A stretch of DNA of 63,574 nucleotides, counting the filler, from Asterionella formosa (lineage: Eukaryota): NCBI GenBank assembly GCA_002256025.1. It is 23 parts of 23 records of this genome, joined end to end, with 100 filler letters (N's around TTAATTAATTAA, not from the genome) between each part and the next. Parts side by side here need not be neighbours in the genome. Positions count along the whole stretch, not along the records: positions 22,204 to 24,875 come from NKIB01014974.1; positions 24,976 to 27,647 come from NKIB01014975.1; positions 27,748 to 30,418 come from NKIB01014978.1; positions 30,519 to 33,180 come from NKIB01014979.1; positions 33,281 to 35,948 come from NKIB01014980.1; 18 more parts are not named here. One strand, 5' to 3'. Both the position numbers and the translations under genes were made by a program. The first letter of the stretch is position 1, and the number at the start of each line of letters is the position of its first letter. This document shows positions 22,204-35,102 of the stretch, one piece after another. The notes under the pieces are model-generated. The model was not told where the DNA came from. It worked only from the letters and a program-made list of their open reading frames with translations, and did no database searches.

Positions 22204-24875
22204 GCATATCCGCAAACACTTCGTCTCCTATCCGGATCCTTGGCATAATCTGAATCCGACATGCCTGAAATTACGAACTCATAATTTGGATCACCATTCC
22301 ATCTACCACTTGGTTTTAACTTTAAACCACAATCAGGAGTTCCAATGCAATATTTCATGACTCTATTCATTGCTTGAATATGTGCACCTAATGCCTCCAT
22401 CATAAAACATGACAACTCTCTAACGCAATTCATGATCTCTGGTCTAGATCATTTCATCAAATGCAACAATTTTCCCACACCAGACCTATATTTTGTCATT
22501 TCTTTGACAGATAACATTTCGGTCGATTTTCCTTTCCTCAAAACATCACCTGGCACCGCGGGAGTAATTGGATTGTCACCTTTGGGTAACTCAAACTCAT
22601 CAGCAAAGCTTTGCAACAACACCGGTTGAGTCAGTTGCACATAGCCCTCATCAGGATTGTAATCCACTTTACATCCAATATATTCCTTCAACGGTCCAAC
22701 TTCATCACAATCAAATCTTCTCATCATTTTCTTCTTAGCCTTAAATCTTCCTCTTTCTTACCCACCACCAAGCAATCATCAACCCAAGATAACCACAAAA
22801 TTAATCCATTAGTAGTCCACACAAAGTATAAACATGGATCTGCTTTGCTCCTCATATATCCCATATCAAAAAATGCTTTCACAAGTTCCCTCCAGAATGC
22901 ATATGCTGCCTGAACTAACCCATAGATGGTTTGCTTCAACAACAATACATCATTCCTTTTATAATGCCTATCAAAACCTTGAGGTACCTCCATATAAATT
23001 GATTCTCCATTAGCAAATTCCTCTCCTTTGAGAAAAGCACCTTGAACATCCAATAATTCAGCATACAGCCTTCCCATTACCATCAAAATGAATAAAATTC
23101 TAATTGTAATTTCATTTGTGACTGGAGCTGATTTTGTATTTTTTCACAATGAATACCATCTACTTGTTCAAATCCTCTTGCATTCAGCCTAGCTCGAAAT
23201 TTTCCGCTTGCTTTCTTCTTCATTGCCCACGTTGAAGTCAGTACTTTTGAATTATTTGGAATCTTTGCTCTGTCAATAGGTTTCCAAACATTATTGTTCA
23301 CCATACGATCATGTTCTTCATCTACAGCAACTTTCCATGCAGCCACATCCTTTGTCTTCATTGCTGCATCATATTTCATCACATGTAGTTCTGCTGTGTT
23401 TTCAAATCCACCACCAAGTCCAGCACCTACAAATCCAAATTCATGTTGAACTTTTTCTAATTCTTTCATTGCTTCATAATATTTCACTTCTGCATCAGTC
23501 AAACAAATCTGATAGTCGCTCACAAAAGCACCCATTTCTTCAATCAATCTTGACAGATTTTTAATACGCCTTCCAGTCCTTGTCATCACTTGTGTTTCTG
23601 TATTCGGACTTTCAGCTGCTTCACCACCAGTGTCATTATCATCATCTTGTGGTAGCTGGTCTTCTTGCTCGTCATATTCATCTAATCCCTCCCCAACTTT
23701 AATGGTAGGTTCTTTTTCAACTTCATAATCATCATCAATCACAGGTGCAATTGCCAGATCCTGATTGATGATTGGCTTCTCAAAATACATTTGGCGCAAC
23801 CAAATGATATCTCGTGTTTCATGCACTCGATTTGTATTTTTGTCCCACATTCTGTATGTATCTCCAGCATGGTTCAGAGCGTATCCCACCATCATACAAT
23901 GTACACCTCTGTGTTTCACCTTTGTGTTCATATTTGATTTAATTGTGACTGTTCCAGCTTCTCCCCACACCCTCAAATGTGCAGTAAAATCTGGGTTCTT
24001 GCCACACCAATGTTCATATCTTGTTGCTTCTTTTCCATCAATTGTTATTACAACTAAACCATCCAACAATGTTGCTGTTTTAAATACTTCTTTGAACAGT
24101 TTGCACCTATCAGCCAATGGTACATTTGCTCTGTGCATCATAGCACGACCACGGTTTGCAATTACTGCAAAACCCAACTCAGCCAAATGGTTACGTTGCG
24201 GAGTGGCTCTTCCTGTAAATTCAAACTGCACATTTAACTTCCAATCACTGCTATCTGCACAAATCTTAAGCAGTTGGTTCTCTCCTGAATTATCGAGCCT
24301 TATGAACTTCACTGGTAATTCCACTTGCCTTCCATTTAAACAACTGCTCACATGTTAGTTCAACCATTCCATTCTTTGTCTCAAAAAAATCTGTGAATTT
24401 CATTTGAGTCCTTTCATCTACCATTATTCTCCAATTTGCTCAAGTTTCTTTTATGCCTTTATAATTGTCATTGTCCTGTATTTTCACTGTTGCAATGTGC
24501 AAATAAATTCGTTAATTGTTTTCTTTTGCTTCTTCATGTTCACTTTCCTTTGGAAAATTCTTTTGCTTTGCCTTACCTGCAGCGCAAGTTTCACATGGTC
24601 TCATGCCACCTACAGTCAAGTTACAGCCAATAGCTTTGGCTGCCTTCCTTGCCATATCTTCATTTACATGTCCAAGTTTATTCATGTATTTCTGTAATAG
24701 ATAATTTGGCACCACAATCTGCGCCTGCACCAGCAACTTCTGTCACCGCCCTCTTCATGTACATGGCATACAACAGACCCTTTGGAGTTGGAATTTTGAT
24801 GTCAAATGTTATTGTTTTATCATTCATTGTCAACACAATTGCATCATCATCACCACTTAATTTCCATCCCTTTTC
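22204..24875 (-). mobile_element. Ty1/copia pol (GAG-pre-integrase, integrase, RT, RNase H start), lightly degenerate
   Basis: LGH..CETC..GKAK, IRLDNSGEN, TPQRNHLAE, RARLNARGF, DVQGAFL, IYGLVQAA, WVDDCL and SDSD.AKD. Confidence 0.94.
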
Positions 24876-25193
24876 NNNNNNNNNNNNNNNNNNNNNNNNN
24901 NNNNNNNNNNNNNNNNNNNTTAATTAATTAANNNNNNNNNNNNNNNNNNNNNNNNNNNNNNNNNNNNNNNNNNNNAACGACGAATCAAACGGGTTTCGAA
25001 TATGAGGAGTGGTTGGAGCGAAGAGACTTGTCATAAACATGACACTTCTGTCTGACTCGGTCGATGGAGCAAAAGAAACGACACCAGCATCCGGTTATTT
25101 GCTAATGGCTGTACTTGATTAAAAACAAATAACCATTTTGTTAGTAACTATTTATGAGTAAATAAAAATTCTTACTTCCATCTTTCCCCATAG

Positions 25194-25400
25194 GAATCAA
25201 GCAAAAACGAAACTAGTCCTGATGAGGAATACTGTGTCGTCGATCCGGAAAGTGGGGAACTCATTCGTCTCACAGTAGCCGAAAAGGAGCGTATCTTTCT
25301 GGACGCGCTTCAGTCCTACGTTGCCACTGGAAGGCAAATGCTCAAGGATGACGAGTTTGACCTATTGAAGGAAGATTTGCAATGAAAGAACGGATCTGAG
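25194..25400 (+). pseudogene. PGRL1: Second PGRL1 fragment, preceded by an intron-like acceptor
   Basis: PDEEYCVVDPESGELIRLTVAEKERIFLDALQSYVATGRQMLKDDEFDLLKEDLQ*. Near-identical to the reverse complement of 13597-13782. A pyrimidine tract plus TAG lies at 25191-25193. Confidence 0.85.
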
Positions 25401-25558
25401 CATATACCGGTATATAGCTAAAACAAGGAAAGACGACACAACAATGAACGTGATGGCTGGTTGTTGAGGATACCTGTAGTATGTGATATGCATCAATCCA
25501 TCATGTCACAAATCATATTATAGTGATGTACATATCAACGCATCTGTATACTTAGATC

Positions 25559-26050
25559 CTATCCACTGTATAATACTATCATATTAACTGTTGACTTTAA
25601 CTGTATACATTAAACGACATACACATATATTAATTAACATACTTTGTGATTGCTTGATTTATTTTCTATGATGTCTTGGTAACACTTGCGTACATATTTT
25701 ATCGTATTTTATTGTCATTGTATTATTTTTGCATGATCATATTTTGATCAAAATTATATCATAAACATTCTATAAAATCATCATAGTTTTAGGATCAATG
25801 TATCATAGCTATGTGATGTACTTTATTCAATATTATGTATTATACTTTGGTGATGTATGCATCGATGTAACCTTATCATGATATCACAGTATCATCTTAT
25901 CAATCATGATGAGATGATTGGGAAGCAACTGTATTCTGCATCGTGCTACAGGGTATATTATTATATCACGCAATTTAGTAGCGCAGTCACTCCGCCTGTG
26001 ATGTACAAAAGTCGACTGTGCAGGTACCGGTACTCAAACGCTAATCAGGC
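25559..26050. repeat. Dispersed repeat family B (longer form)
   Basis: Both ends match the reverse complement of 12868-13066. Confidence 0.8.
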
Positions 26051-26893
26051 TTGAGGCAACGGACAGTGGTTCCAACGAGCGAATGATGATACCACGAGTA
26101 CCAATTTTTCCAACGAAAGAACTTGTCTCTCTTTTGATGAGGATGACACGGAGACGGACACCGACTTTTCCAGGAGCAAACAACAATGAAGAGACCTACT
26201 TGTCGCTCTATTGATGGTAACAAAGATGCGGACAAGTTCAACAGTGAATACAAGAACAACATACCAATGAAAACAAGTCGACAGTGGCTGTGTGTACGCA
26301 AACGCCAAGCAGGTTTGAAGCAACGGACAATTCCAACAAGCAAATGACGATACAGATATCAAATTCTTCCTACGAGCAAACAACAATGAAAAGAGCCACT
26401 TGCTTTCGCTCTCTTGCTTGATGGTATCAAAGATGCGGACAAGTTCAATAGTTAATTCAAGTACAGTATGCCAAATGCAGAAACGAGCGAGCGATATGAA
26501 AATGAAGTGCATTCTAATCAGAATCATTCTATAACTATAGCTATGTGGACAGTAGTCTGTTACGCACATTTTCGTATCTCCTTCTATGCTAAATCGAAAT
26601 AGTAGATGTAGTATCATGTGAGAATTGAAAATTTCAACGAGAACAAGTACCGGTAGAATGTGTTTGTTTACGGGTTGATTGGCGAGATTGTCATGCTGAA
26701 GTGGACGAAACGGATATACTTTGTGCGCAAAATCGGAAGTTAGTAGGGTTTATAATGTCGTTTTTTTTCTCCGTTCTGAATGATTGGACCATTAATAGCA
26801 GCAGCATCATGATCTACTAAACTATCAAGGAATAAACCATTATCATAGTCATCGGCATCAAAACAAACTGTTTGAATGAAATCGATTGAACTT

Positions 26894-27291
26894 TCAAATG
26901 AATTATTTGAAACATCAACTAATTCAGTCTCACGTTCAAAATTCAATGTGAAAACTTCACATGAAACAGTTAAAACTTCACATGAAACCGTTAAAAGTAA
27001 TCTTTTTTACATGAAGAGTGGCATTAATGCATGTGAAGTACCACATAATTAACACTCGTACGTAGACGAAATTTCGAAAAGTCAAATGAATTATTTGAAA
27101 CATCAACTAATTCAGTCTCGCGTTCAAAATTCATTGTGAAAACTTCACATGAAACAGTTAAAACTTCACATGAAACCGTTAAATGTAATTTTTTTACGTG
27201 AAGAGTGGCATTAATGCATGTGAAGTACCACATAATTAACACTCATACACAGACGAAATTTCGAAAAGTGGTGTATTTCGCGGCTTAGATG
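26894..27291. repeat. 188-bp tandem duplication ending in the terminus-like motif CGCGGCTTAGATG
   Basis: Units 26894-27081 and 27082-27268 are near-identical. The same 13-mer closes the AT-rich repeat at 28596-28608. Confidence 0.85.
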
Positions 27292-28299
27292 TATGGCGCT
27301 GTAATTCGATGATACAGAGCGCATTTGCGCTCTTTGAACAATTAGTTATCAGCATTTACTCAGCATACTACATGATCATGTCAAGGCGTGATTATTGTGG
27401 ACCTCATCATCTTTGCTGGCTTCCATAAAAAGCAGGCCAACAGAGAGAAAGCGACGGTACCTCCCAACAAGGTTGTCATGTCAACTCAGGGTCAATCTTT
27501 GGGAAGCTAAGCAATGCAACAAATGGAATCATCAATGGATCTGATGCTGCTCAGCCAGCTCGCAGTTCAAATGGAACATTTTTTGTAGTGTGATATACAG
27601 AAATATAGAGTGTCTAAACTGCAAACTGCAATTTTTGAAAGCCCAAANNNNNNNNNNNNNNNNNNNNNNNNNNNNNNNNNNNNNNNNNNNNTTAATTAAT
27701 TAANNNNNNNNNNNNNNNNNNNNNNNNNNNNNNNNNNNNNNNNNNNNATTCAGTAGAAATACAGCAGCAGCTGGCAGCATGACAAACATCACGCCAAGGC
27801 ACACTAACAACTCATGATTTACGGAGCCCTGTTATCATATGACATTAACACAGAATCAGAAAGCATCAATACTCAATCCTGGATTCCATCCGAATGCTCC
27901 TGAATTGAAAGGGTTTGCTGCAATGTCAATTGAATCCTCGACTCAAATAAAAGAACTCTGCAATACAGTTGAATGGTGAGTGTGTTCTTGTTGTTTACCT
28001 AAATGCTAGTATGGCTTGTCAGCTCACGCATTGTTGTTGACAACAGGCAGGGACAATGAGGTCCGGAATGAAAGTTGTTCTGGTAAGATTACTGCGCTAT
28101 TTTGACGGCTATATAAGCAACGCTACTGATAACTCACACTGATCTTCCTCTACATTCAATTGACATTGCAGCAAACCCTTTCAGTGCAGGAGCATTCGCA
28201 TGCCGTTCCGAATGAGCAGGCTTTATTTCATTAATGAAACTCTTCAATTTAGTTGAATGAGCTCCAGAAAATTACGTAAACAAATTTAACATATTAAGT

Positions 28300-28608
28300 G
28301 AACTTTATTCTAGAATTATGTGAACGAAATTACAGAATTACGTGAAGGATTTCAAATAATTATGTGAAGTATTTCAAATAATTATGTGAAGTATTTCAAA
28401 TAATTATGTGAAGGTGATCACATAATATAGTGATGATCAGGAATGCATGCATGATACTTTGATCAAATATTCAACGTGATGTATTCAAATAATATATAGA
28501 CATGTTCAACTACGTATTTTGATGTATTCAACTAATTCATGTGATGCATTCAAAATCAACTAGGCTTATTTACGTGATGGTCACTTCACGTAATACGCGG
28601 CTTAGATG
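28300..28608. repeat. AT-rich subterminal-type repeat (22-bp AATTATGTGAAGTATTTCAAAT units) ending CGCGGCTTAGATG
   Basis: Three to four tandem units at 28336-28412, plus scattered T(A/C)GTGA motifs. Confidence 0.7.
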
Positions 28609-30803
28609 ATAGATAGGGAACAGGAATTCCGACGTTTTCTTTCTTGGCTTGGCAAAGGATGACTATCAGAATAGGGGTTCCATATTCAGTACTTCAGATC
28701 TCTCAGAGTAAAGGTTCCAATTTTAGTACTTTGGAGGCCACATGAACCTCTTTCATCAGGACATTCATTTTTGACGGGTTTTGAAAGGCAAGCTTGTAGC
28801 TGCAGCAGTGTGGCACAGCAAGCAGTATTGTAATGAACGATGATTATGATAGGATTTTTTGGTTCTTGGTGCTGTGCAATTGCGAGCCTCAGCCCTCAAA
28901 TAGCCCATACACACATGATACTTAGGGAAATTTCATCAAAGTGCATAAATATAGATTCCATCAGGGTGATGACTATCTGTGTATAATGCCACGAGAAAAC
29001 AACTACCAGGAAAAAATGGCTGTTTGTCCAATACTACCCTCAAATGATCAAACTTCACTCCAAGTTCAACCTAGAAGTGCTATGTCTGGATGCAATTTTT
29101 GGGGCCACCGGGTAGACCCTGTAGGACTAGCATTAGCATAAACCCTAGACCTATGGTATATAATATTTTGCGCCTGGATTGGCATGTTATAATCACGTCC
29201 ACCATGTTGTTAGTATTATTCTGTTGCTTTACTCAACAATAGTAGAACATCCTCCTGTGCTGCTTCAAATAGCTTTCTTTCCTTCATGAGTTGCTAGCGC
29301 TACTATTAAACACCGGAAGCGGCATGGGACGACACAATTTGCTTTATATCTGAACTTTTTGTGTTGGGCACGGAGATCCACACCTACATGACCAATGGTT
29401 TCATGCTCTTGAGCTTGATAGTGGGCAAGCTGGAGTTGAAACTGTACAGGAATGTCTCAAATAAGATCATATAGTAGTTGCAATGAAGATACAACAACGA
29501 TTTCACTCCCATTGCTGCGCAGAGGACTTCGATTTCATGTTCATCATGAATGAATGCAACGATGGTAACAACGAGATTGCGGATGCATGTGTACATAAAC
29601 TTTATTCATATGTGTGTTATTTGTATATTTTGTACTGGTAGCCAGAATTATTTTGTACCGGTAGCTACGATGGCTACCCAATGTAGTTTCATGATGTATC
29701 CAGCCATATGTAGGGATACGGTGTTAAATTATAAACTGGGAATGAGCTGAAGTTAGACTTTTGCCGAAATACCGGCCTACTGTCCGTAAATTTCTACGAA
29801 AATCAGCGTAAGTGTCCGGTAGATATCTGATGTTGACGACTCCAACCCACGAACCGTTATTACCCGGTACTGTATTGATCACGGTTCTCGTGTCTCCGTG
29901 TGAGCCAACGACGACTCGATATGCAGTCACGCGGCTCGTTTACCTTGTAGTGGGCAATAGCAAATTACATGCACGGGACTAATAACAATACCGGCATACT
30001 TGATGGCTCAACGCAGGCTTTCGCGGCACCAAATTGGGGTCATGCAAAGAACGGCGTACGTTTGGAAATAGTTCTGTCACGCTGCACTTTAGGAAGCATT
30101 TTGAAAGAAACCCAGGAGGACTAAAGTTACAGTATATATATCATCAATGTACATACCGTTTATGTTTATGTACTATGGTACCTGGTACGTGGAAGCACAA
30201 ACAACGGCGCATGGCTATGCTGCCATTGAAAATTCATTTAGCTGGCGGTAACTAGCGCTACCTGCTACATGCTGGTACTTTGTGCACTGTGCCTGCATCT
30301 ACATTCTTCAACGGCCGATGACGAGGAGGGGAACACGGATTGCACGCTTACGTTCCCATTGCTATCTCTTATGTATACGTCATATCAGCTATCAGGTGTC
30401 ACACTTTACTCTCGTATANNNNNNNNNNNNNNNNNNNNNNNNNNNNNNNNNNNNNNNNNNNNTTAATTAATTAANNNNNNNNNNNNNNNNNNNNNNNNNN
30501 NNNNNNNNNNNNNNNNNNTGGGACGACGAGCGACAGCAGAGCTGACGAAAGTAATGGACGAGCCTCCCACTGTAGCGATTTGCGGCCTCTTGGGATCGCA
30601 CCTGGAAGGCATGAGGTATTTAGCTTTGGACACAACGGAACACTGCGATTTCGGATAGCACTTACAGCTACAACGACAAGCGGCGATCCTCGCCTCTGCC
30701 TTGGCACGGGGTTGTCAGCGACAAGAGCTTCATTTTCATTCAAACTAAAATTCACATTGGTGGCACTAGAAGCATCAGGGGATGTCATTGTCATGGTACC
30801 TGG

Positions 30804-33180
30804 TGAAGTATCTAACTAGAAGTAGTAGTATTTGTTGAATACCGGGTATATGAGCTTATTAATTAATCCTTATGTATAACTCATTTCCTGAACTGACATC
30901 AAGTACAGAATGGGTGTTACCGGGTAGTCGAATCCTCTCATTATTGAATTCCGATATATTTGACAAAACCCTAACTCTATATATATCTGTATCGATGTGC
31001 AGGATTGCTCACTCTCCCACACTTGGGGGAAAACCTTTTACCTATGAAAAGGTTTGATACGACGAATATTAATTCGTTCGGTAATATGCGTAGTGCGTTG
31101 AAAAGTAACTGTACCATTGGCATGTACTTGAATAATAGTATAAGGACCTCGTCCACGATCATCCAAAGTAGTAGGATTATCCAATAATATTAAAATCTCG
31201 TCACCCACTTTGTAATCATAAGATCGACGACGGAAATTAGCACGACGTAAATGTTCGTCAATTATCACTTGTCGACGTTGATGTATTAATTGTAAATCTG
31301 TAATCAAAGGAATATTTAATATCAAATCACGTTGAAAAACCCATGCTCCTGGTGAAATACGTAATATACTATGAATAGTACTAGCTCGAGCTGCATATGA
31401 CGCAGCTGCAAAACATATATCCACAATATTTTGGGCTTGAAATTCATTGATTGGAGGATGAGCCTTTAACATAACTCGTAGACTATTGCTGATAGATTGA
31501 TGTACCGGTAAACGTTCACAGATAGCATTTGCTTGTGGATTCTTTGCTTACTGTGGTAGTCACATCTTTGATTCCATTCAATACTAACATGTGTAAGAAA
31601 GGAGCACCAGTAAATTCACCTCCATTGTCATGTATACAACGTTCTGGATGGGGATATCTGGCTAACCTATCATTTTCAAATTTCATTGCAATATATTCTG
31701 ATGTTTTATTGGTGATACGTGAAATTTCTGCTAAATTGCTTGGGGACTGTGTCAATACAAGTTAGAGCACGAAATTCAATCGTTTGAGCAGCCACTGTTA
31801 TCTTCCATGGACCAATTAGATCTACTGCGACTTCTGACCATGGTAATAATAATGCATTCCTGGGTGGAAGTTCACCAAAACCAGTACCAGGTAATTTTGT
31901 ACGCTGACATGCTTCACATACTCTTACAATATGTTCCACTCTTGCTTTTAATGTAGGGTGATAAAAATGTGTAGCAATTGTAGCATTTAATCTTGTCATA
32001 CCCACATGAGCTAACATCTGATGATACCAATTAATAATAGGATCCAATAATGATGTAGGAATAGCAATACGCCAAGTATCTCCTGGATTCTTCACAAAAC
32101 ATATTGAAAATATATCATGAAAATTGATAGAAGGAAATTTTAATGGATGTGTTTGTTGATTGAGAATCAATTGTATATCCAGCAATTGTCTATCATGCAT
32201 TAAATGATAATCCAGAGGATATTGAATATTGTCTGTCAAGATGGGATGATTAAGGAAACATGTAAGCAGAGGTTCATCATCTAATTCAATTGAAAAAGTA
32301 GAAGAAGAAAATGATGTTGGAGATTTCGGTCCAATATCAATATCATCCTCCACCAAAGACTCAAGCCTCGGGAGGCGAGAGATGGAATCTGCAATAGCAT
32401 TGTCAGTCCCTTTCACATAGTGAAAAGTAGGATGATATTCTTCAATATAAAGTCTCCATCTTAGAACACGTTGATTATGTAAAGTATTATAAATAAGATT
32501 TCGATGATCAGTGTGAACATGTAGAACTGCGCCCAATAACATAGAGCGAAATTCTTTGAAAGTTTCTACCACAGAAAGTAATTCTTTTTCAATAGTAGTA
32601 TAATTCTTTTGAGCAGCAGATAATTTGCGAGAATAATAAGCAACTGGGAGATCATTTTGAGATCATTTTGCATAATGACCGACCCTAGCTAATTGATAAT
32701 CAGAGGCTGTGTATTAAAAAAAAGGTCATATAGCATGACACTGGCATGAGATGAATAAGTACCAGCTATGGTATGTATTAATTGGGAAGTCTCATCAGAC
32801 AAAGAAATACTTTGAGGCATAACCCGTTCATGTATTAAGGATAATGATCCTCCACTATCGAATAAAACTCGTAGTATTTTATGTATCGGTATATTATCCA
32901 CCAATTTTGGCGCTAAAAGGGACATCGGAATCAAATCAATTGATGCTAATATATCCTTAGAAGTAAAACAGGAAACCGGAATTGGTCCCTGATATGTATG
33001 TGGAACATCATGTCCATCAATACAGTTATATAAATCCCGCGTTACATTAACAGCGGTATCCATAGTGTATTCAACCTGTAAATAAACAATATTATTCAGG
33101 TGATGACTAACGTGAGATATACTCAACGAGTCATTATAACGCTATTATCGCACATACCTCTGTAATGGCGATCAGCAATC
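30804..33180 (-). mobile_element. Gypsy copy 4: protease region, RNase H, integrase, 3' LTR (30804..31011); RT deleted; frameshifted
   Basis: Protease motif VLFDSGG; RNase H motifs EKELLSVVETFKEF, HTDHRNL and NAIADSISRL. Integrase and LTR are about 98% identical to copy 1 by manual comparison. Confidence 0.93.
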
Positions 33181-33280
33181 NNNNNNNNNNNNNNNNNNNN
33201 NNNNNNNNNNNNNNNNNNNNNNNNTTAATTAATTAANNNNNNNNNNNNNNNNNNNNNNNNNNNNNNNNNNNNNNNNNNNN

Positions 33281-34665
33281 ACGATCTCCTGTCCGCAATG
33301 GAGGGCTGTCGTGTCATCGCCGGTACCACGGGTGGTGATCTTCGCGTCTGGTCTGTAAAGGACGTCTACGCAGCGACGGTGGTTGCCAGAAAAGGAAGCG
33401 AAGCTTTGTCAAGTGTCGTAGATGTCATCAATCCACTCAATGAGATGAGAATCTCCCATGTACAAGACAGTTCGACATCAAGCTACATCTCACAAACAAA
33501 TCGGGGTATTACAGAAATTGCTGCAGGTAGCGCCTTCAGTCGACTAAAGTTTTCGCTTCGTGGCCGCGCATTGTCTGGTCACCGTGGCGGTGTCACTTGC
33601 ATTGATGTCCCGTCTCATATATACCGACCCGACGCCCTCGTTACCGGGGGAGCCGATGGTTTCATCAAATTATGGTCTCTTCGAACCCCAACAGGAAGGA
33701 GGACAAGCGGCGAGTTGCTTTCGGGAGGATCTAGTACTCCTTTATTCAATACTTCTGGTCTGGCTGGTGGTGCAACTGGGAGTAGTTCCGATCCAATGGG
33801 TAGCAACGGAAGGAAGGGCGGCAGAGGGGGGGATGCTCTCAGCATTCTCTCTGGTCACACTGGACGAGTGCTTTGTGTGAAGACAGCTTGGCATGGCGAT
33901 CGTCTTCTCAGTGGTGGAGCAGATCGCACCGTTCGTATTTGGGACCTTGCTGGTCCTGGCGGAGGGGGTAAATGTCTACATGCACTTACTGGTCACCTTG
34001 GTTGGGTTACCCATACCCACTATTGGGGACCCAACACTATTGTGTCAGCATCGACTGACCGCGCTATAGCATTGTGGGATGCCCGCGTTAGGATATCCCC
34101 TCTCTTTGTTCTTCGATACCATCAGTCGCCCATCTCTGATCTCCTTGTTGGCTCAAGAACTGATCCATTGATGGTTAGTGCGGCGGCTGACGGGACCGTC
34201 GCTACGTGGGACTTCCGAATGCTATCTGGTGGTGATACTGAAAACGGAAGCTCATCTGGTTTAAAACCTGAAAAAATGTCCGTCAAGAAAGATTCGAAAC
34301 TTGAGGAGAAGCATTGCAAATCGATTCGTGATCCTCCTGCTACCATGTTGCATGCATCCCGCGGCAGTTCAAGCAAGCAAGCGGGCGCCGTCCTCTTGTC
34401 AAGGGGTGCGGGCAAGGTTCGAAGGACAGTTATTACTGTCGGCAGCGACGCAGTTGCTAGAGAGTGGGATATTTCGACTGGTCAAAGTATTCGCGAAGAA
34501 AGCACGGGTCATTGTGATGTTGTTTCTAGTCTGCTCACCTTTTCGGATGGAACAATGGGTGCATCTTCTGGAGTGGAGCCTAGCGATGTTAATTTAAACT
34601 TTGGTGGAACCATATCGAGTTCCTGGGATGGAACAATCCGGATGAAGAAACTAGTGCGACGTTGA
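33281..34665 (+). CDS. WD40-repeat protein, C-terminal part
   Basis: Multiple GH...WD/WS repeats (GHRGGVTC..IKLWS, GHTGRVLC..VRIWD, GHLGWVT..IALWD) in a 455-codon open frame. Confidence 0.93.
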
Positions 34666-34925
34666 AGAGAACCTAGTTATCTGATGAATGTTAAAAACTG
34701 TTGATTCCAATTTACGTCATTCAACCACTGCGAAGGATGTCGCCGACTAAATCATTTAATTGAGTGTAACATACCAGAGTGGCCTAAAATATTCCACTCC
34801 TATAGTTTAAGAATGAAGCGACATACATGCCAGTTCTGAAATTTTATGTGAGATGGGATTATTCTAGCTTACAGATATAACATTGATTCCCAATTGTTGG
34901 TAGTAATTAATGATGTGATGGTTTG

Positions 34926-35096
34926 TGTTGAGAGGGAGAAACGCTTGCAACGGGTGCCAGCGGCAGCTACATTAACAAGGAACTGAGATTCTAAAGTAGT
35001 ATTTAACTAGCTGTAGAGGGACCAGTACTCACGGGAATTAAGCACTTACAGGAATCTTGGTAGGATATACGGAGTAACCGGTATATGGTACCAACA
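34926..35096 (-). mobile_element. Ty1/copia 3' LTR, 171 bp
   Basis: PPT GAGGGGG, then TGTTG...CAACA inverted termini. Confidence 0.8.
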
Positions 35097-35102
35097 CCCC
35101 CC

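Noticed and set aside
23765..24358. 197-aa plus-strand ORF (also 35085..35666, 47433..47885 and 14459..14953)
   Set aside because: Antisense shadows of TE coding sequence on the opposite strand.
26894..27268. Tandem and short repeats here, at 28336-28412 and at 37555-37990 as CRISPR arrays
   Set aside because: No constant repeat with unique spacers, no cas genes, and a eukaryotic context.
28620..29130. Possible gypsy RT start relic
   Set aside because: Only vague motif similarity across frames.
30519..30794. ORF after the LTR read as gag of a tandem element
   Set aside because: No TGG primer-binding site after the LTR and no gag motif. Other copies diverge at this point, so it was treated as flank.
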